A stretch of 64,000 nucleotides of DNA from Chrysomallon squamiferum (taxonomy: Eukaryota; Animalia; Mollusca): positions 13,826,001 through 13,890,000 of the forward strand of contig CM022677.1 of NCBI GenBank assembly GCA_012295275.1, in the 5' to 3' direction. Below are positions 39,072 to 54,090 of this stretch, piece after piece. Under the pieces are notes generated by a model. The model did no database searches. It was not told the DNA's origin and saw only the letters and a program-made list of their open reading frames with translations. Made by a program: the position numbers and the translations under genes. How positions within the stretch are numbered: position 1 is the first letter of the stretch; every line of letters starts with the position of its first letter.

Positions 39072-39879
39072 AATTAATGTTATACTAATCATGTTATAAG
39101 GCAGAATATTGATAAACATTATTTACACCTCAAAGTATTTGTGTAAACTGTTTAACAAATATAAATTGATTGACAAGATAAATATATGTAATTATTTAAA
39201 ATCATATTACAAAAATCATTTTTAAAATCTCTAATAATGCTTGCAGGAGGCACTGGATTGGAAAATGGATGAAAAACAAATAAAAAATAAATAAAGAAAT
39301 GCATAGCTTAATTTATGTGTTTGTTGTGTATGTGTGTTTTTGTATGCAAATGTGTGCACCAACACACACCAATGTAAACACACATCATGGATTCATATAT
39401 ATTTTATTTATACTCGTCAATATTCAGTCGATTTTCAGAGGCTTACCTCTATCAGACAGTGTGTAAGTGCATGCGTGCATGTGTATGTATGTGTATGCAC
39501 GGATAGATAGATAGATCAGATAGATCCTGAAGTCACTATCAGTAATTGCAATATATGATCACTAGATAAGTTTCTATATTTTCAGTCGGTAAACAAAAAC
39601 AATATTACTTTTTAAATATTTAATTACCAGTTTAATCTTAAAAGCCCCTAGTGCTTGTACAAACTTCAGCCTGTTTATCAGTAGCTCCATCCATATGCAG
39701 GACAGACAGTCGGTGTGTGGGTGACTAGGGCAGGGGGGTGGATAGGATAAAAACGGGTGAGCTTAGGGTCCCGGACAGAAAAGGTGAGTTGAACACAAGA
39801 CCCTCCCGCCCTACCCCGACATTTTTCGAGATTCCATTTATCACATATGGATAATTAGCGTACGTAAGCTTAGTGAGTA

Positions 39880-41285
39880 CATGTCACGTAAGGGAGATAA
39901 CTGTAATCGATACAATTTTCACTTTGCTTAGTGAGTACATCTCACATAAGGGACATAACTCTAATCTATGTTTGTGAACACATATCACTAAAGGGAGATA
40001 AGTCTAATCGATATAATTTTTAATTTGTTTACTGAGTACATCTCATGTAAGGAACCTAACTCTAATCCAGGTTTGTGAGCACATATCACTCAACTGTAAT
40101 CAATATAGCCTTTACTTCGCCGAGTAAACTCATCCCACCTCTGGTGACACCTCATGGGGTATGACCCATGTTATTTACAGGGTGTCCCAGATGTAACCGA
40201 ACCTGAATTGTTATGAAAAGTTACAGTTAAATGAAACACATTTTATTTCATATAGTTACAGCAAATGTTCAAAATGCAAACCATTCTTTGTTATACAGTG
40301 ATGACATCGTTCAATGGTTGATTCTGTTACTTTTTTGCACATTTCCGTGAAGCAGACTTGAAATCAGTGATCATCGATTGAGCTTTCGAGTTCGGTTACA
40401 TCTGGGCCACCCTGTATAAAGAAAGAGATGTTTCCACAATATTTCGTAGATGAATCTGGAATCGGAAAGTACTGCTGATGTCTCCAAAAACGCTGAGATT
40501 CAATCCCACGATCTCACGCACATGAACATGCTTACAAGAAACATTATAGTTTCAACTTGGTTCTGTACCTTCACAAGCTGTGTGAGGGTGGGGTACTAGG
40601 GCAGGGGGGCAGGGGCCATGCGTTTTTATTTCTTAAACTATTTTTTTTTATTCTGCTGTTACAATCTTCTATTATGTGAATAATGTTTTTATTAGAATTA
40701 TTTTTTCATAACTTGGCTGAATAATTAAATAGCATTTCTTTAGCACTTAACTAAATGAATTAAATGAAACAGAAATATAAATTAGAAACTACATCATTAT
40801 TCTTTTTTATTTCATTTTTCAAGATAACTCTAATCGATATAATTCCCACTTTGCTTAGTGAATACATCTCACGTAAGGGACATAACTCTAATCTACGTTT
40901 GTGAGCACATATCACTAAACTGTAATCAATATAGCCTTTACTTCGCCGAGTAAACTCCTCCCACCTCTGGTGACACATCACGGGGTATGACCCATGTTAT
41001 ATATAAAGAAAGTGATGTTTCCACAATATTTCGTAGATGAATCTGGAATCGGATTCCATCGGATTCCAAAAGTACTGCTGATGTCTCCAAAAACGCCGAG
41101 ATTCAATCCCACGATCTCACACATATGAACATGCTTACAAGAAACATTAAAGTTCGAACTTGGTTCAGTATCTTCACAAGCTGTGAGGGTGGGGTACTAG
41201 GGCAGGGGGGTAGGGGCCATGCGTTTTTATTTCTTAAACTATTTTTTTTTTATTATTGTTCTGCTGTTACAATCTTCTATATTGA
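39880..41285 (+). repeat. Direct duplication of a ~450-bp composite repeat (~39920-40675 with MITE; ~40845-41283 without)
   Basis: Both copies read ...agccttttacttcgccgagtaaactc...gacccatgtta...gatgtttccacaatatttcgtagatgaatctggaatcgg...ggggtactagggcagggggg... Confidence 0.85.
40178..40414. mobile_element. Tc1/mariner-type MITE (~237 bp)
   Basis: TA|cagggtgtcccagatgtaaccgaac ... gttcggttacatctgggccaccctg|TA. Empty site in the duplicate at ~40995-41005. Confidence 0.9.
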
Positions 41286-43222
41286 ATAAAAAATGTCTTA
41301 ATAATAGTTACCAGCGAATATATTCACAAATAGAGTTATTTCCCTTTAATATGAAAACGAATACTTTCTTGGATGACGTTATCTCCCCTTTCTTATATTA
41401 TAAAAGGGTTTATCAGATAACTCTATATAGGAATATGTTCGTTTTAACCTGAATAATCAAGAGAAAAATGTAACAAAGGGGAAAATGTAACAAAGGGGAC
41501 ATAAATCTATATAGGAATATATTCGTTTTAACCTGAATAATCAAGGAGAAAAATGTAACAAAGGGGACATAACTCTATATAGGAATATGTTCGTTTTAAC
41601 CTGAATAATCAAGGAGAAAAAAATGTACCAAAGGGGGACATAACTCTATCCGAGAGGTATTCGTTTTCATGTTAAAGGGAGATAAATCTATATAGGAATA
41701 TGTTCGTTTTAACCTGAATAATCAAGGAGAAAAATGTAACAAAGGGGACATAACTCTATATAGGAATATGTTCGTTTTAACCTGAATAATCAAGGAGAAA
41801 AATGTAACAAAGGGGACATAACTCTATATTATATAACTCTATATAGAATATGTCGTTTTTTAACCTGAATAATCAAGGAGAAAATGTAACAAAGGGGACA
41901 TAACTCTATATATAGGGAATATGTTCGTTTTAACCTGAATAATCAAGGAAAATGGGACATAACAAAGGGTTTTCATGTTAAAGATAAACTCTATATAGGA
42001 ATATGTTCGTTTTAACCTGAATAATCAAGGAGAAAAATGTAACAAAGGGGAGATAACTCTATATAGGAATATGTTAAAGGGAGATAAATCTATAAGGAAT
42101 TTTAACCTGAATAATCAAGGAGAAAAATGTAACAAAGGGGACATAACTCTATATAGGAATATGGTTTTAACCTGAATAATCAAGGAGATAAATCTAACTC
42201 TATATAGGAATATGTTCGTTTTAACCTGAATAATCAAGGAGAAAAATGTAACAAAGGGGAGATAACTCTATATAGGAATATATTCGTTTTAACCTGAATG
42301 TTAAAGGGAGATAAATCTATATGTTAAAGGGATATAACTCTCGTTTTAACCCTGAATAATCAAGGAGAAAAATGTAACAAAGGGGACATAACTCTATATA
42401 GGAATATGTTCGTTTTAACCTGAATAATCAAGGAGAAAAATGTAACAAAGGGGACATAACTCTATATAGGAATATGTTCGTTTTAACCTGAATAATCAAG
42501 AGAAAAATGTAACAAAGGGGAGATAACTCTATATAGGAATATGTTCGTTTTAACCTGAATAATCAAGGAGAAAAATGTAACAAAGGGGAGATAACTCTAT
42601 CCGAGAGGATATTTGTTTTCATGTTAACCTGAATAATCAGGAGAAAAATCTATATAGGGGAATATGTTCGTTCGTTTTAACCTGAATAATCAAGGAGAAA
42701 AATGTAACAAAGGGGAGATAACTCTATCCGAGAGGTTATTCGTTTTCATGTTAAAGGGAGATAAATCTATATAGGAATATGTTCGTTTTAACCTGAATAA
42801 TCAAGGAGAAAAATGTAACAAAGGGGAGATAACTCTATCCGAGAGGTTATTCGTTTTCATGTTAAAGGGAGATAAATCTATATAGGAATATGTTCGTTTT
42901 AACCTGAATAATCAAGGAGAAAAATGTAACAAAGGGGAGATACCTCTATCCGAGAGGTTATTCGTTTTCATGTTAAAGGGAGATAAATCTATATAGGAAT
43001 ATGTTCGTTTTAACCTGAAATAATCAAGGGGGAGAAAAATATCCGAAAGTTAAAGGGAGATAAATCTATATAGGAATATGTTCGTTTTAACCTGAATAAT
43101 CAAGGAGAAAAATGTAACAAAGGGGAGATACCTCTATCCGAGAGGTTATTCTTTTTCATGTTAAAGGGAGAGAATATCAATATATTCGCTTGTGATTAAT
43201 GTTCAGGTATATTTTCAACCAA
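41281..43222. mobile_element. Foldback/MITE-like element with ~110-bp imperfect inverted termini enclosing a satellite array
   Basis: 41308-41395 (agcgaatatatt...ccctttaatatgaaaacgaata...ggatgacgttatctcccctt) is the reverse complement of ~43120-43192 (aaggggagatacctctatccga...ttttcatgttaaaggga...aatatattcgct). Confidence 0.6.
41415..43170. repeat. 68-bp / 111-bp (68+43) tandem satellite array
   Basis: ataactctatataggaatatgttcgttttaacctgaataatcaaggagaaaaatgtaacaaagggga has period 68 (42391 to 42459). The period is 111 where ccgagaggttattcgttttcatgttaaagggagataaatct is included (42721 to 42832). Confidence 0.92.
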
Positions 43223-44559
43223 TGGAATCCAATAATTTAATTGAATTTAATTAGTGGACACTGCTTAATCATTTGATAAGCATTTTAAATAATGAATGCT
43301 TTTTACATTAAAATTATAGATCAGATGGAAATATTTATAGGATATTCTTTTTTTGTTATATTAATATATCAATATCTAAAAGGTAAATAACATCTGTTTT
43401 ATATTAATAATAATAATTCAATGTTGAAAATATCTAATTTGTTGAAATCTAAAATTTACAAAAAGAAAATTTATATTTTGATATAACTCTGAACTTGAAA
43501 TATGATAAGGATAGTGAGAACTTAAAAATACAAGAATTGTTTTCTACATTATGCTTTTGTCCGATGGTAAAAGGAGAAACAAATGAATATTTGTTATATT
43601 AAATATAATAAACAATAAAATATTTCTTAATAATAGTTACCAGCAAAGCGAATATATTCACAAATAGAGTTATTTTCCTTTAATATGAAAACGAATACTT
43701 TCTCGGATGGAGTTATCTCCCCTTTCTTACATTAAAAAAGGGTTTATCAGAATTACTTGATATGAAATCAGTTTGTGGAAATATGTGAATAGAAGATTCA
43801 TCAAAGTTTGTGAAAATATTTAATGTAATAAAAATTTATTATTGATTCATTATGCCACTATTTGTTATTTTTCGTTTAAAATTATTATCAAAATTATCAA
43901 ACAATTATTAATTTAATATATATTCTTAAAATTTAATTTCATATCATTTCTTTAGCACTTAACTAAATGAATTAAATGAAACAGAAATCTAAATTACAAA
44001 ATACATCATTATTTTTTTTTTTTTTTTTTTTCAAAATTTGTTTTGTTGTTGTTAATGTTGTTATCCATTATCATCGTTATATTCATTCCTATTAATGGAC
44101 AACAGAGTTATTTCCCTTAGACTACTTTGTCTATGAAATTGACTAATTATTATTATTATTATTAGTAGTAGTAGTAGTAGTAGTATCTCTGTTTGTGCAT
44201 TCTTAGTTTATTTCATATATTTAAAATGTTTCTTTACTAAAAACTTAATATTTATTCATTCATACTATTCAGAATAAAAATAAGAATTTAAATTTATTAC
44301 GACATTCCATTTTGATACGTGAAAAATTGTATATATTATTTATTATAATTAGAGAAAGAGAGATTTGGGTTTCACTACGACTAAGATTGTACGTTTTCAT
44401 GAAAATTTCATTTCACTGTAAAAATGTAGCATAAAAATTTCAATTACATATAAATACTGTTTTTCTGCCATTTCATACTGACACATTTAAATTTCACAGA
44501 TATAATGATTTCTAGAGCGCGGAATGTAACATCAATTCAGGTGTTTAAAAGTGTAATTA

Positions 44560-44590
<31 letters not shown>

Positions 44591-44779
44591 TTGTGTGTTT
44601 TTTTTTTTTTTTTTTTTTTTTTTTTTGTTGATATTATTGCTAACACTGTTATTTTTTTTACTGTGGTACATAATTATTACTATTTTTATTATTGTTATTA
44701 TTGCTAATATTGGTGTTATAGCTGTTGCTTTTGCTGTTGGTTAATTTTGCTTTAGGCAGAATTGATAAGTTTGTGTGGA

Positions 44780-45376
44780 GAGAAGAAAGCGAGTTACAGA
44801 GAGAGTTAGAGAGAAAAAGACAGAGAAAAACACATGGAGAGAGATACAGACCGAGACAGACAGACAGACAGACAGAGAGAGAAAGAGACACAGATAGTGT
44901 CAGAAAGACAGAGAGAAAAAAAAAAGTGAGTCAGAGACACAGACAGACAGAGAAGAGAAAAAGACAGTGAGAGAGACAGTGAGATAAAGAGAGACAGATA
45001 GGGACTGAGACAGAGGGAGAAAGAGACAGAGAAAAAAGAGGCAGGGACATAGGGAGATAGAGAGAGATGGAGAGATAAAGAGATATAGCAGAGAGAAAAA
45101 GAGAGATTCAGAACAGATAGAGACAGAGAGAGAAAGAGAGATTCTGAGAGAGACAGAGACAGAGGGAGAAAGAGAGATTCAGAGAGAGACAGAGAGATAT
45201 AGAGAGAGACCGAGAAAGAAAGACTGAGAGAGACAGTCAGAGAGTGGAAGAGAGAGACAGAGATAGACAGAGAGAGAAAGAGAGAAAAGAGAGAGACAGT
45301 GATAGAGGGAAAGAGAGACAGAGAGAGATAGAGACACAGAGAGAGAGAGAGAGAGAGATAGACAGAGAGAGAGAAC

Positions 45377-45415
<39 letters not shown>

Positions 45416-45465
45416 TAGAGAGAGAAAGAGATAGAGAGTGAGAGAAGGCGAGAGACAGAGAGAAA
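44780..45465. repeat. Degenerate GA/GACA-rich simple-sequence tract
   Basis: About 700 bp, almost purely purine on the + strand. Confidence 0.9.
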
Positions 45466-46082
45466 GATACTAACCATTAAGAAAATACTAATCATTAACC
45501 AAATACTAACCTTTAACCAAATACTAACCATTACTAACATCCCCTACGTGTACTAAACCTCACCATGGTGTATGTGTGGCAACATTTCCAAAGGGAATGG
45601 CTAATTAGTACATTAATATAATAACATTATTTTGGTTAGATAGATAGACAGATAGATAGATTATGATAGATAAATAGAAATACCTACATACAGATATAGT
45701 TACTGAAGATAGATGAACAGATGGATACATAGGGTATTGCTACTTTTTCTAATTTTGAATACAGTGTCATTACTTTGAAAGCTCTTTCTATATACAGATA
45801 GACAGACAGGCCAACAGAGCATAGACAGAAGTGTATGTACTTAAGAATAAGTTATGACATATAAATATTTCCCTCTGGCTTTCACTGTCCAAATTACTCA
45901 TCCTTACTTACCTGCATGTTTCTATCTATCTATCTGTCTATCTATATATTTGTTTTATTTCATCATCAATTTCTCTGGCTATTTTTCTATCTATGTATCT
46001 GTCTGTTTGTTGATCAACCTGTGGTATAGCTGAATCTTATTACCTGTCTAGCTAACCATTCATTCATCACTATATCCATTTA

Positions 46083-46116
<34 letters not shown>

Positions 46117-46390
46117 GAAAAATAATGATTATTTCTATTACATTTTATTATTGTATGTACAGGAAAGACAACATTCTGGAATCAGCTTCAGTTACAAGAA
46201 TAGGGAGAAAAATTTAAACAGATGAGGTGGTGTCTACTGATATGGAACAATTATTATTCACAAAAGATGGATTTTTCTTTCCAAAGCAGTTTCCTAACCT
46301 ATCAATCTATTTTTCAAGCGATCAATACGTCTAACTATCTCTACATCAAGCTATCTTACCCTCTCAGTTACAAATAGCACAGTCTATTTT

Positions 46391-46440
<50 letters not shown>

Positions 46441-46653
46441 GTATACACTCTCTCTATTTATATCATATTTAATTATTTAAATACATTCTTTTTATCTATT
46501 TATCTATCTATAAATATATTTATTTATCTATCTATTTATCCCATATACATAAGCAACAGACTCGGATCTTTCTTACAGGATGCAGTATATACTCATGCCT
46601 CCTTGCATCTATCTAGCTTTCTTCTGTCTATCAATTTACCTCTCTATCCACCC

Positions 46654-46697
<44 letters not shown>

Positions 46698-46764
46698 CCT
46701 AATCATCTTTAAACACACAAATAAATTATCATTACTATACACATTATGTGTGTGTGTGTATACA

Positions 46765-46800
<36 letters not shown>

Positions 46801-47962
46801 CCCATTTCTTAACACACGTCTATCTATATGTCTGTCAGTCTGTCTACAAATCAATCTACCAAACTAGTAACATACCTACCTATCAGTTTATCTCTCTAGC
46901 TTATACGTCTATTTTTCAATAACCATCTATCAAACATATGTCCAGCTCCCTGAATATCTAACTATATACTACTTCAAACCTCGCTATCTTGCTGAATGTC
47001 TGTCTATGTAATCTATCTGTATTTATTTCTGTGTGTGTATTTATACAGAGATAAATAGTTACATCTTTCTGTATTTATATCTTTTATCTATATAATCTAT
47101 CTGTATTTATCTCTGTATATCTGTCTGTATAATCTATCTATTTATCTCTGTATATCTGTCTGTATAATCTATCTATTTATCTCTGTATATCTGTCTGTAT
47201 AATCTACCTGTATTTATCTCTGTATATCCGTCTGTATAATCTATCTGTATTTATCTCTGTGTATCTGTCTATATAATCTATCTGTATTTATCTCTGTATC
47301 TGTCTGTATAATCTATCTGTATTTATCTCTGTTTATCTGTCTATATAATTTATCTGTATTTATCTCTGTGTATCTGTCTATATAATCAATCTGTATTTAT
47401 TTCTATATATCTATATATATAATCTATCTGTATTTATTTCTATGTATCTATAAATATAATCTATCTGTATTTATCTCTGTATATCTATCGACATAATCTA
47501 TTTGTATTTATTTCTATGTATCTATAAATATAATCTATCTGTATTTATTTCTGTATTTCTATATATATAATCTGTCTTTATCTCTATTTATATATAATCT
47601 ATCTGTATTTATCTCTGGATATCTACCTTTAAGTTATCAGTTCATCACTAACTCAAACACAGATCCAATCCTTTCTGTTTTCTGTCTGCCTCTGTGTGTA
47701 TTTATCTATGTACATATACATGATCATATCCACTTTACCATCATATATGCTTACACCTATCTATTTATCCATCCATCGAACTCTAAGGAAATGCCTCCCT
47801 ATATATATTTCTCTATCCATCAATAACAATCCCTTGAATGAGATATTCATCTTCCTGACTATCTCCCTAAATTATTGTAACTACTTTTTATATCTATCTT
47901 TCTGTGTTACTGTCCATTTATAACTCTCATTCACAATTCCCTTATTTAGCAATCCTTATCAA

Positions 47963-48004
<42 letters not shown>

Positions 48005-48272
48005 TGTCACCTATCTATATGTATCTCTATATGTATATATCTATGTACACAATTTCTCATTCTATCTACATAATCAACCTACCTAACAGTTTATATATCA
48101 ATAACATCTATCAGTCATTTAAACATCTTCTTGTCTACATACCTTCAAACCTCCCTATAGTTCTGTATGTTTGCACACATATTTACTCAATATATTCACT
48201 CTTCAAAAAAGACAAGTGACTTTTCCTTCTATATACTATTCTCTGCTCCAGCTGACATACCTTCACCTGTAG

Positions 48273-48306
<34 letters not shown>

Positions 48307-49629
48307 TACCATCATACCTGCATACACCTATCTGTCTGTCTGCTACATAACTCTCTACATATATCTACATATCAACCTACTGAACTACTGACCTACCTAC
48401 CTATCTATCTGTCCCTCTGTGTGTCTGATATCTATTAGATAACTATCTACATATATCTACATATCAACCTACTGAATTACTGACCTACCTACCTATCTGT
48501 CCCTCTGTGTGTCTGATATCTATTAGATAACTATCTACATATATCTACATATCAACCTACTGAATTACTGACCTACCTACCTATCTGTCCCTCTGTGTGT
48601 CTGACCTATTAGTTAACTATCTACATATATCTACATATCAACCTACTGAACTACTGACCTATCCTGTCCCTCTGTGTGTCTGCTGTCTGTTAGATAACTA
48701 TCTACATATATCTACATATCAACCTACTGAACTACTGACCTACATACCTATTTGTTTATCTATCCACATTATGACAGATCAATAACCATCCATCAATCAT
48801 ATATCTAATTCCCTGTCAAACTACCTACATACATAACTAACTATGTCTAGATAGCTACATTACAACCTATGTATTTTACTGTATGTCTACACTCTCAGCC
48901 CGGCACACAAACACACATGACAGAAAGAAGAAAACACAGAATAGATAGATAGACACTGACATGTTTAACTATCTGGCTAAATTCATCTACATCTATCAAT
49001 TCATTTGTTAACTTCTACTGATCTAACTGTCTATCAGTCTATCTACATCTCTCTCTTTCTTCCTGTGTATCTGTTTACCTGTTAACCTCCCATCAGACAG
49101 TCAGTCTTATATCTCTGTCAGTCGTCTCTCCTTTCCTTTAAATCACTTATAGTTGCTCTAAACTTGCTAATATTGTCTATGAAAATAACATTAAGCTGGA
49201 ACCTGCTTGTTGTCTATCTGTAAATATCATTGCTCCACATATTTTCATTTCTTCTATAATTTGTAATGTAGAAACACACATAGCTTTTGCACTGTCATTG
49301 TGTTTAATTGTCTGTAATGTTAGAAAGAAATTATTATAAATAAACATCATGTCTCTCTTATTGTAATAGATTTTAATAATAAATCACAAATAATTTAAAC
49401 AAAAAATATATATCTATAAAAAAGTATCATTATACATTTTACATTCTGGTCAATTTAAAAAAAAAAAAAAATGTTTTTTATAATTAAATTCATAAAAATA
49501 TGTGAAAATATTTCATTATGAAAGATTTTCCAATAGTAAACAAGAATGCTCTGATTAGATCAAAATATTTTAAAGTTAAGCAATACAAACATAACATGAA
49601 AATGTAATAATAATAATAATACAAAAATA

Positions 49630-52074
49630 CCACCAATATTTCTCAAAGCTGAAATCCATAAAATTGTGAATTCTCCTCTGAATCTTCAGCACTGACCTGC
49701 CTTGTACTGTAAGGGAGAGAGTGAGATCTGAAAAACTCTGTCTTTGACCAAGTGTTTAAAAGAAATACAAAATCTGACATGGACTTGACAGTTTCCACCT
49801 GTAAATTGAAAAGAATTCATTGTCACCAGCCTATAAAAATAACTAATTGATAAGTTCTGTTATTTATTAGTTTACTAATAGATACCAAAGCTTTTCAGTT
49901 CTAATAACAAACTGTTAATATCACTCTCCACTAGGTATGTGAATTCAGTCATTTTGATTACAAGCTGCATTACTTTTTTGGAACTGATTCTATTCTTAGA
50001 ACTGATTCTATACATCTAATTTTAGATTTGATTAAAATTATAAGTTAATAATCTGGCTACAACAATAAATTTATCCACAATAATAATCTTTTAATCCCAA
50101 AAGATCAAGAGAATTCCAATTAATTACAAATATTTAACATTTTAAAATGTGATGATATAATTAATTCAAACCATAAAAAAGTCCTTTATACCTACAGATC
50201 TTTTTGTTATATTTAAGAAAAAATATATATTTATTTTTATAACATTAAATTACAGCTGAATAAATTCTTAAAAAATAAACATTATCTGTGAATATCATTC
50301 AGTTCATCAACTAGTTTATGTATATTATTCTAACACAAAACTGCAGTGATTAAAATGCTGAAGTGTTATCTTGATCTGAACTGAACTTTTATCACCTACA
50401 AATCTATGTTTATTAAAGTTAACAGATTTGAATCCTGAATGAGGAAGTCATCCAGCTGATAAAAAAAGAAAAAGAATAAATGAACAAAATAATGCAGATA
50501 AATAAACAAATATAGAAAGAAAAATTAATAAAAGAAAACTAAAATAACAATAAATAAAAATAAGCATCAAGTTTATCATTCTAATCTTAACGTACATTAT
50601 TTAAATTACTATTTTTTTACCTATTTCAGGCTAGGAGCATTTGATTAATTTGCACAATAAAAAAATCTTTGGGAAGAAAAATTTCAGTCATGGAAAAATT
50701 ATTATGAATTATATTTTAACAATGTTTTAATACTGACTTTATTTATCTGGATATAGGTGTGAATTACTGAGAACAAAATAAAGAGAATTCTATCATTTTA
50801 ACTAAGTCTGTGTGAAATAAATATTTCCCATAAAATAATTATTAGTGGCTCTTGTTTTAAAACATATGGAACGAAAGAAACGGTTGCCCAAATAATGTTA
50901 TTATTAGTTATTATTATAAAAGATATCAAGACCTCTTACTTCAGAACAGTTTTCTGTTTGATTGAATTCCTCTGACTGGCTAGTAACAGTATCAGAAGAA
51001 TTTGTCATCTTCAGGTTTTTTTTCACAAAATCACCTGCAAAACCAGAAAGAGATTTCACTTTAATGTTTATCTTTGCCTGGTTTTAGCACATTCAAGTTT
51101 TTTCTCCCTGATATTTGACTGTTGAGATTGGTGACCTGGTGTAAGACTCTCCAACTTAAGAATTGTCGTAGTCTGATGTGGTCAGCTTCAATGTCCAGGT
51201 CACCAAAATTGAGCTCTTCATCAGCAGAACTTTGAACAACTCTGAGTCAGAGTCACATTGGTGGGTGCACTGCCTAGTTTGAGTAAATAAATAAATAAAT
51301 AAATAAAATACTGCTACTATTGCATTTACTGCAACACAACATGCTACTTTTATTACCATCATTACTATAACTAATATTTACTATTATTCCTTATTCAACT
51401 AGGGTTACTGTTATTAAAATAATACTCCTATTACTAAAATTACTATCCATTAATAATAAAAGTGATATTTTTGCTCTCTTCATTATTAGTCCTAAGCCTT
51501 TATTTCTTTATACTAATATTATTATAATTACTACAACAACAACTATGACTACTATTACTACCACTATTGCTGCTATTACACAACTCTTCTTGTTACATTT
51601 ATCATAACAATTTCTCTGAAAACAACTGCTATTAGTACTGCTACTACTACCATTACAACCAGTAATTTGACTACAAACAGTTTTTTTAATCACCATGAGT
51701 CTCACAAGATACATTACTATTACACAGCTATGGACATCAGCTAAAACAACACAAACATTTTACAACATTACTACAACAAGTAGTTTATTATTAATACTGC
51801 TACAAGTATTAATGCTGTAACAACTACATTACTACAACAAGGTAATGACTAATACTACTACTATAACAACAACCTCTATAGATCCTCCTGTTCTGCCATA
51901 TTCTTTGATGACATTTCTACCCTGTGGTGACTCACTAAATTAGCTCTTCTTGTGTACAGAGCAGTTTCTGAAAAACAACAGTAATTTATTTATTTATCTT
52001 TCTAGTGTGTCTATATGTATCTGGTATCTATCAGACAGACAGACAGACAGAGAGACAGAGACAGAGAGAGAGAC

Positions 52075-52107
<33 letters not shown>

Positions 52108-54090
52108 TTAGAATAATTCCAGTGGCACCAAACTTTATCCTCAGTGCTGGACACCACCTTGTACTGAAACAACTTCACTAGCCAACATCAGCACATCAAT
52201 TAGAGCTGTATGTGTATTCTGGAAATAAAAATACAAATAAACTAATAAAAATAATAAATTGTTAAAAATAAATAACTAATGTTTCTGTTATTATTTAAAT
52301 TTTACTGTTATCAGTTACTGGATTATTCAGACACAAAGGGATGTGTGATATTTTTGATATACTTTGTATAATCATTATAATGATAATGATAATAATGATA
52401 ATAATGATAATAATTTAAATAATTAACAAAACAAATGATTATTATTATGCTAATTTACAATCAGTAAAGAGTTGTTACTATAAAACTTATTTTATTTGCT
52501 AAGAAATAAAAATAAGATAAAAAACTTGCAACTTGGAATTGTCTTGTCTGAATCAGGTACAGGACTAGCTCGGTCCTTCGAACTGTCAATGTGGTGAGAC
52601 ATCACTCTCATGAACGCTGCCTTCCTGAGTCTCACCTTGTTCTGCTGCAGCTACAGCCTTTGTTTTCTTCTCTCTCTTTTCTTTATCTTCTCATCCAGCT
52701 TCATTCTCCGAGCGGCAAGCTCAGATGTTACCTGCTGCTCAATTTCCTGGCTGTTGTCTTTGCCATCGCAGTCATCTGCCTAGTTTTTGGTTTCGCTGAT
52801 GAAGTGTTTTTACCAGCATCAGCTTGATTTCACAAAAAAGCAGACTTCAATGGTGCTCTGCCCTTTTCTTCTTGTTCCTGTTGATACATGTAAACCATCG
52901 ATATATCATATTATAGTATTCCAGCAGCACTTGCACTCTACAGTATGATACTGATCAATGATTGTGTAGCTGGATGAGAAATTTATAAAATATTTCACTC
53001 ACATCTGATTTTTTTTACAGAACCATTCTTTAAATTAATTTGGAACATTTTCTCCACATGACCTAGAAAACATAAAAAATAAAAAATATTAGTAATGAAA
53101 AATAAAATGGATAATAATAATAAAGATCACAAAAATAATAATAATAAAAATAAAACATAATAATAATAATAAAAGTAGTAATAATAATAAGAGAATAAGA
53201 AGATGAAAAAGAAGGAATTACAACAAAAGAAAACAAAGTGTAAATAAATAAATTAAAATTGACCATTAAGAAAAGAAGAGAAACAAAGAACAGGATAACA
53301 AATTATTTGAGTGTTTATTTGTGTGTTAAATATTTTTTTTTATAAATAATTTTATTAATATTTTATAGCATCATCTACATATAAAATAACCTGGTCATGT
53401 ATTTCTTAAATTTGTATTCATCTTTATTTGTTTTTAGTGTTAACATAGAGCGATACAGGTATTTAGCTTAAATAATATGAAAGCATTTAGGGACCCACCC
53501 ATTATAAAGTTTAATATGTTTAATAATTATAGAGCAAGTCAGCAATTTAACCTAAATCTTTAAAAATAATAAATCATAAATAAACTGACTGAAAACAACC
53601 TGTCAAACAAAATTAGCATATTTTCTTTTAATAGTTTTATTAGTTTATTTCAACAACAACAACAACAAAATAATAATAATAAATAAAAAAAAATAAAAAT
53701 TAGAAAAATAAATAATAACAAGAACAATAACAATAATAATAATAATAATTTTAAATTCTCTGTGACTTGTTGTGTGGTGTTTCTTTGTCAATTTATTTTA
53801 AAACAAATTTAATTACTGGCCACTCAAAATTTGCTGATACATCATGACGTTGTTTATGTTGTTCACATTAGTACAACCACTGGTGAATGTTATTATTAAT
53901 CGAGTGTCGTTATTTGAAAAAATTATAAATAAATAAATAAATAAATGTTGTTCTCAAATAATATGGCTGCCATCAGTTGTCTGTTACTTTTAAATTATAA
54001 TTAAATAAAACGAAAAAAATCCAAACACATTAACATTTATAATAATAAATAGTAATACCTGTCTCCTTCACAAAATGAAATACTTTAAAC
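49630..54090 (-). pseudogene. Right-arm copy of the spliced pseudogene, with two extra exon-like blocks (~51100-51272 and ~50940-51044)
   Basis: Mirror of 29300-33020. The block at 50940-51044 is homologous to the exon at 6581-6684. Confidence 0.45.

Noticed and set aside
44806-45540. 244-aa Ser/Leu ORF and Arg/Glu-rich ORFs
   Set aside because: Artefacts of the GA-rich simple-sequence tract.
45466-45540. Telomere-like TAACC repeats
   Set aside because: Only four degenerate 18-bp units containing taacc, not a (TTAGG)n or (TTAGGG)n array.
46163-46227. Isolated ag/gt-bounded exon candidate in the spacer
   Set aside because: Too short, with no recognisable motif or partner exons to support a call.
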